Assembly: GCA_020444065.1 (NCBI GenBank)
Contig: JAHLLQ010000010.1
Span: 11,677 to 75,676, forward strand
Direction of reading: 5' to 3'
Source: a bacterium
GTDB lineage: Bacteria > Sumerlaeota > Sumerlaeia > SLMS01 > JAHLLQ01
Length of the DNA: 64,000 bases
Position 1 is the stretch's first letter, and each line of letters starts with the position of its first letter. This document shows, piece by piece, positions 62,516-64,000 of the stretch. The notes below the pieces were generated by a model. It was not told the DNA's origin. It saw only the letters and a program-made list of their open reading frames with translations, and ran no database searches. The position numbers and the translations under genes were made by a program.

Positions 62516-64000
62516 TTGACGAATCAAGACACCAGTTCCGAATCGCCCGTGGAGGCGGCCGCGCCGTCGGTCGATGGGGGCGGTGTGCTTGCCGACGAGG
62601 GCTTGAAGCTGTCGGGCAGGAGCCGGACGTTTCTGCTGGTGGCGGTTGCGTTGGTGATCGCGGCGCAGGTAATTATCCGCAATGCCTGGCTGAGCGACGA
62701 TGCGTTTATCACGTGCCGGACGATCGACAATTTCCTGCACGGCTGGGGGCTGCGTTGGAATGTCGGCGAGCGCGTGCAGTCGTACACGCATCCGTTGTGG
62801 ATGTTCGTGAATCTGTGCGCGGTATGGGTGACGAGCGAGTATTTCTATACGCTGCTGGCGACGTGCCTGGTTTGTTCGTTGGGGGGGGTGACGATTCTGT
62901 TTCGCGACGCGGCACGTTCGGTGTCGGCGCTTGTGTTTGCTTTGATGGCGGTCGTGATGTCGAAGGCGTTCGTGGATTATTCCACGAGCGGTCTGGAGAA
63001 TCCGCTATCGCACTTGCTGTTGGTTGTGCTTCTTCATTTCCATCTAAAGAAGTCGGTTTCGACGCGGCAGTTCGCCGTGGCGTGCCTGGTGGGTTGTTTG
63101 ATTGTGTTGAACCGGATGGATCTGGCAGTGATCGTCGGTCCGATCATTCTGGCGATGTTCTGGCCGGGGCGTTCGTGGCGTTGGGTGGGGATTGCGTTGC
63201 TGGCGGGGTTGCCGTTTCTGGCGTGGGAGATTTTTTCGATTGTCTACTATGGGTTTCCTTTTCCGAACACGGCGTACGCGAAGATCGGATCGGGTTTTCC
63301 GAAGTCGTGGGTGGCGTTTCAGTCGCTTTTCTATTTCGTGAATTCGATCGAGGTCGATCCGGTGACGTTGTGCGTGACGATCGCGGCGCTGGTGGCAGCC
63401 GCGACGGTGCGGACGCGACAGAATATTGCGATGGCGATCGGGATTCTGCTGTACTTGTTGTACGTGGTGCGGATCGGCGGCGGTTTCATGTCTGGCCGGT
63501 TCTTTGCCGCGCCGTTCCTGGTGGCGGTTGTGATGATCACGTACCTGATTCGCGATCACTGGAAGTCTTGGATTCCGGCGGCCGCGGTGCTGGGGTTGGG
63601 GCTGTGCGCGCCGGTGCCGCCTCCGATGTTGAATTCGGAAAACGCAGATTGGAAGCATGAGTTCGAAAACGGCATCGCGGACGAGCAAGGCGTTTATCTG
63701 CCGACGCAGGGGCTGGTGACGGCGCAGCGATCGCGCGAGATGCCCGCGACGTTGCGGAGGGAGTTAGGGCTTGTGAAGCGGGATGAAGGACCGGCCATTC
63801 TCTATCATCCAAGTGTTGGGATCCTGGGGCTGTATGCCGGCCCCGAGGTTCATATCGTCGATCGCTATGCCTTGTGCGATCCGCTGCTTGCGCGTCTGCC
63901 CGCGGAGTATGAGGCCGATTGGCGCCCCGGTCACATGATTCGCGAAATGCCGTGGGGGTACTACGACAGTATCCGAACCGGGAAGAATGTGATTCAGGAC
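62516..64000 (+). CDS. Polytopic membrane protein, GT-C-fold glycosyltransferase-like (ArnT/PMT-like), 3' truncated by window end
   Basis: Open frame from 62474 to window end, absent from the track because it has no stop. >10 hydrophobic helices (RTFLLVAVALVIAAQVII..., LAVIVGPIILAMF..., IGILLYLLYVV...). Start codon uncertain (TTG 62495/62516 or downstream GTG). Confidence 0.5.
   Translation, partial: MTNQDTSSESPVEAAAPSVDGGGVLADEGLKLSGRSRTFLLVAVALVIAAQVIIRNAWLSDDAFITCRTIDNFLHGWGLRWNVGERVQSYTHPLWMFVNLCAVWVTSEYFYTLLATCLVCSLGGVTILFRDAARSVSALVFALMAVVMSKAFVDYSTSGLENPLSHLLLVVLLHFHLKKSVSTRQFAVACLVGCLIVLNRMDLAVIVGPIILAMFWPGRSWRWVGIALLAGLPFLAWEIFSIVYYGFPFPNTAYAKIGSGFPKSWVAFQSLFYFVNSIEVDPVTLCVTIAALVAAATVRTRQNIAMAIGILLYLLYVVRIGGGFMSGRFFAAPFLVAVVMITYLIRDHWKSWIPAAAVLGLGLCAPVPPPMLNSENADWKHEFENGIADEQGVYLPTQGLVTAQRSREMPATLRRELGLVKRDEGPAILYHPSVGILGLYAGPEVHIVDRYALCDPLLARLPAEYEADWRPGHMIREMPWGYYDSIRTGKNVIQD

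Noticed and set aside
62452-63660. 402-aa plus-strand ORF from the track
   Set aside because: Gly/Arg/Asp-rich alternate frame. A different frame over the same DNA encodes a convincing polytopic membrane protein.
1-64000. rRNA / tRNA genes
   Set aside because: No stretch resembling rRNA. Intergenic hairpins examined (12197, 43543, 56623) are simple terminator-like stems, not cloverleafs. A tRNA search (tRNAscan-SE) would be needed to be certain.

Overview
High-GC (mid-60s % by eye) chromosomal window; gene content looks Planctomycetota-like (inference from BMC-H shell gene, prepilin-type proteins, many secreted glycosidases). Most of it is housekeeping or core metabolism. Genes called: lpxD, moaE, a CHASE2-type class III nucleotide cyclase, rluD, proC, trkH-trkA, a polyprenyl-phosphate sugar transferase, folC, rlmN, a prsW-like protease, uvrD/pcrA translationally coupled to a tricorn-like protease, and an arsR-arsC-arsM-acr3 arsenic operon. 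A large carbohydrate-utilisation locus spans roughly 32.4-56.6 kb. It contains a LacI-family regulator, a sugar ABC importer, an (alpha/alpha)6 glycosidase, a prepilin-like protein, a trypsin-like protease, GH81, GH31 and three paralogous secreted CBM-like/GH66-like proteins. Conserved palindromic LacI operators are visible.

Features I consider most interesting:
1. The first 3.2 kb has visibly lower GC and carries a translationally coupled three-gene operon: a PD-(D/E)xK nuclease-fold protein (sce7726-like), a T4 Beta_protein / sce7725-like protein, and a Zn-ribbon-NTD + RES-domain toxin-like protein. I flag it as a candidate undescribed defence / abortive-infection system.
2. A ~500-bp AT-rich island at 23.74-24.26 kb has three perfect and several near-perfect DnaA boxes plus a DUE-like stretch, which makes it a putative oriC.
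3. Immediately next to it is a 213-bp tandem repeat (~2.7 copies). It belongs to a dispersed family of structured elements (copies near 19.98, 53.6 and 59.7-59.96 kb) that contain two hairpins whose stems co-vary between copies.
4. Heptamer (GTGGCKA / GTGATTA) and hexamer (GAGTRC) microsatellite-like repeats sit at gene ends.
5. A G12 homopolymer lies in a divergent promoter.
6. A lone BMC-H shell gene is coupled to a UbiA prenyltransferase.

No rRNA, tRNA or CRISPR array was recognised.
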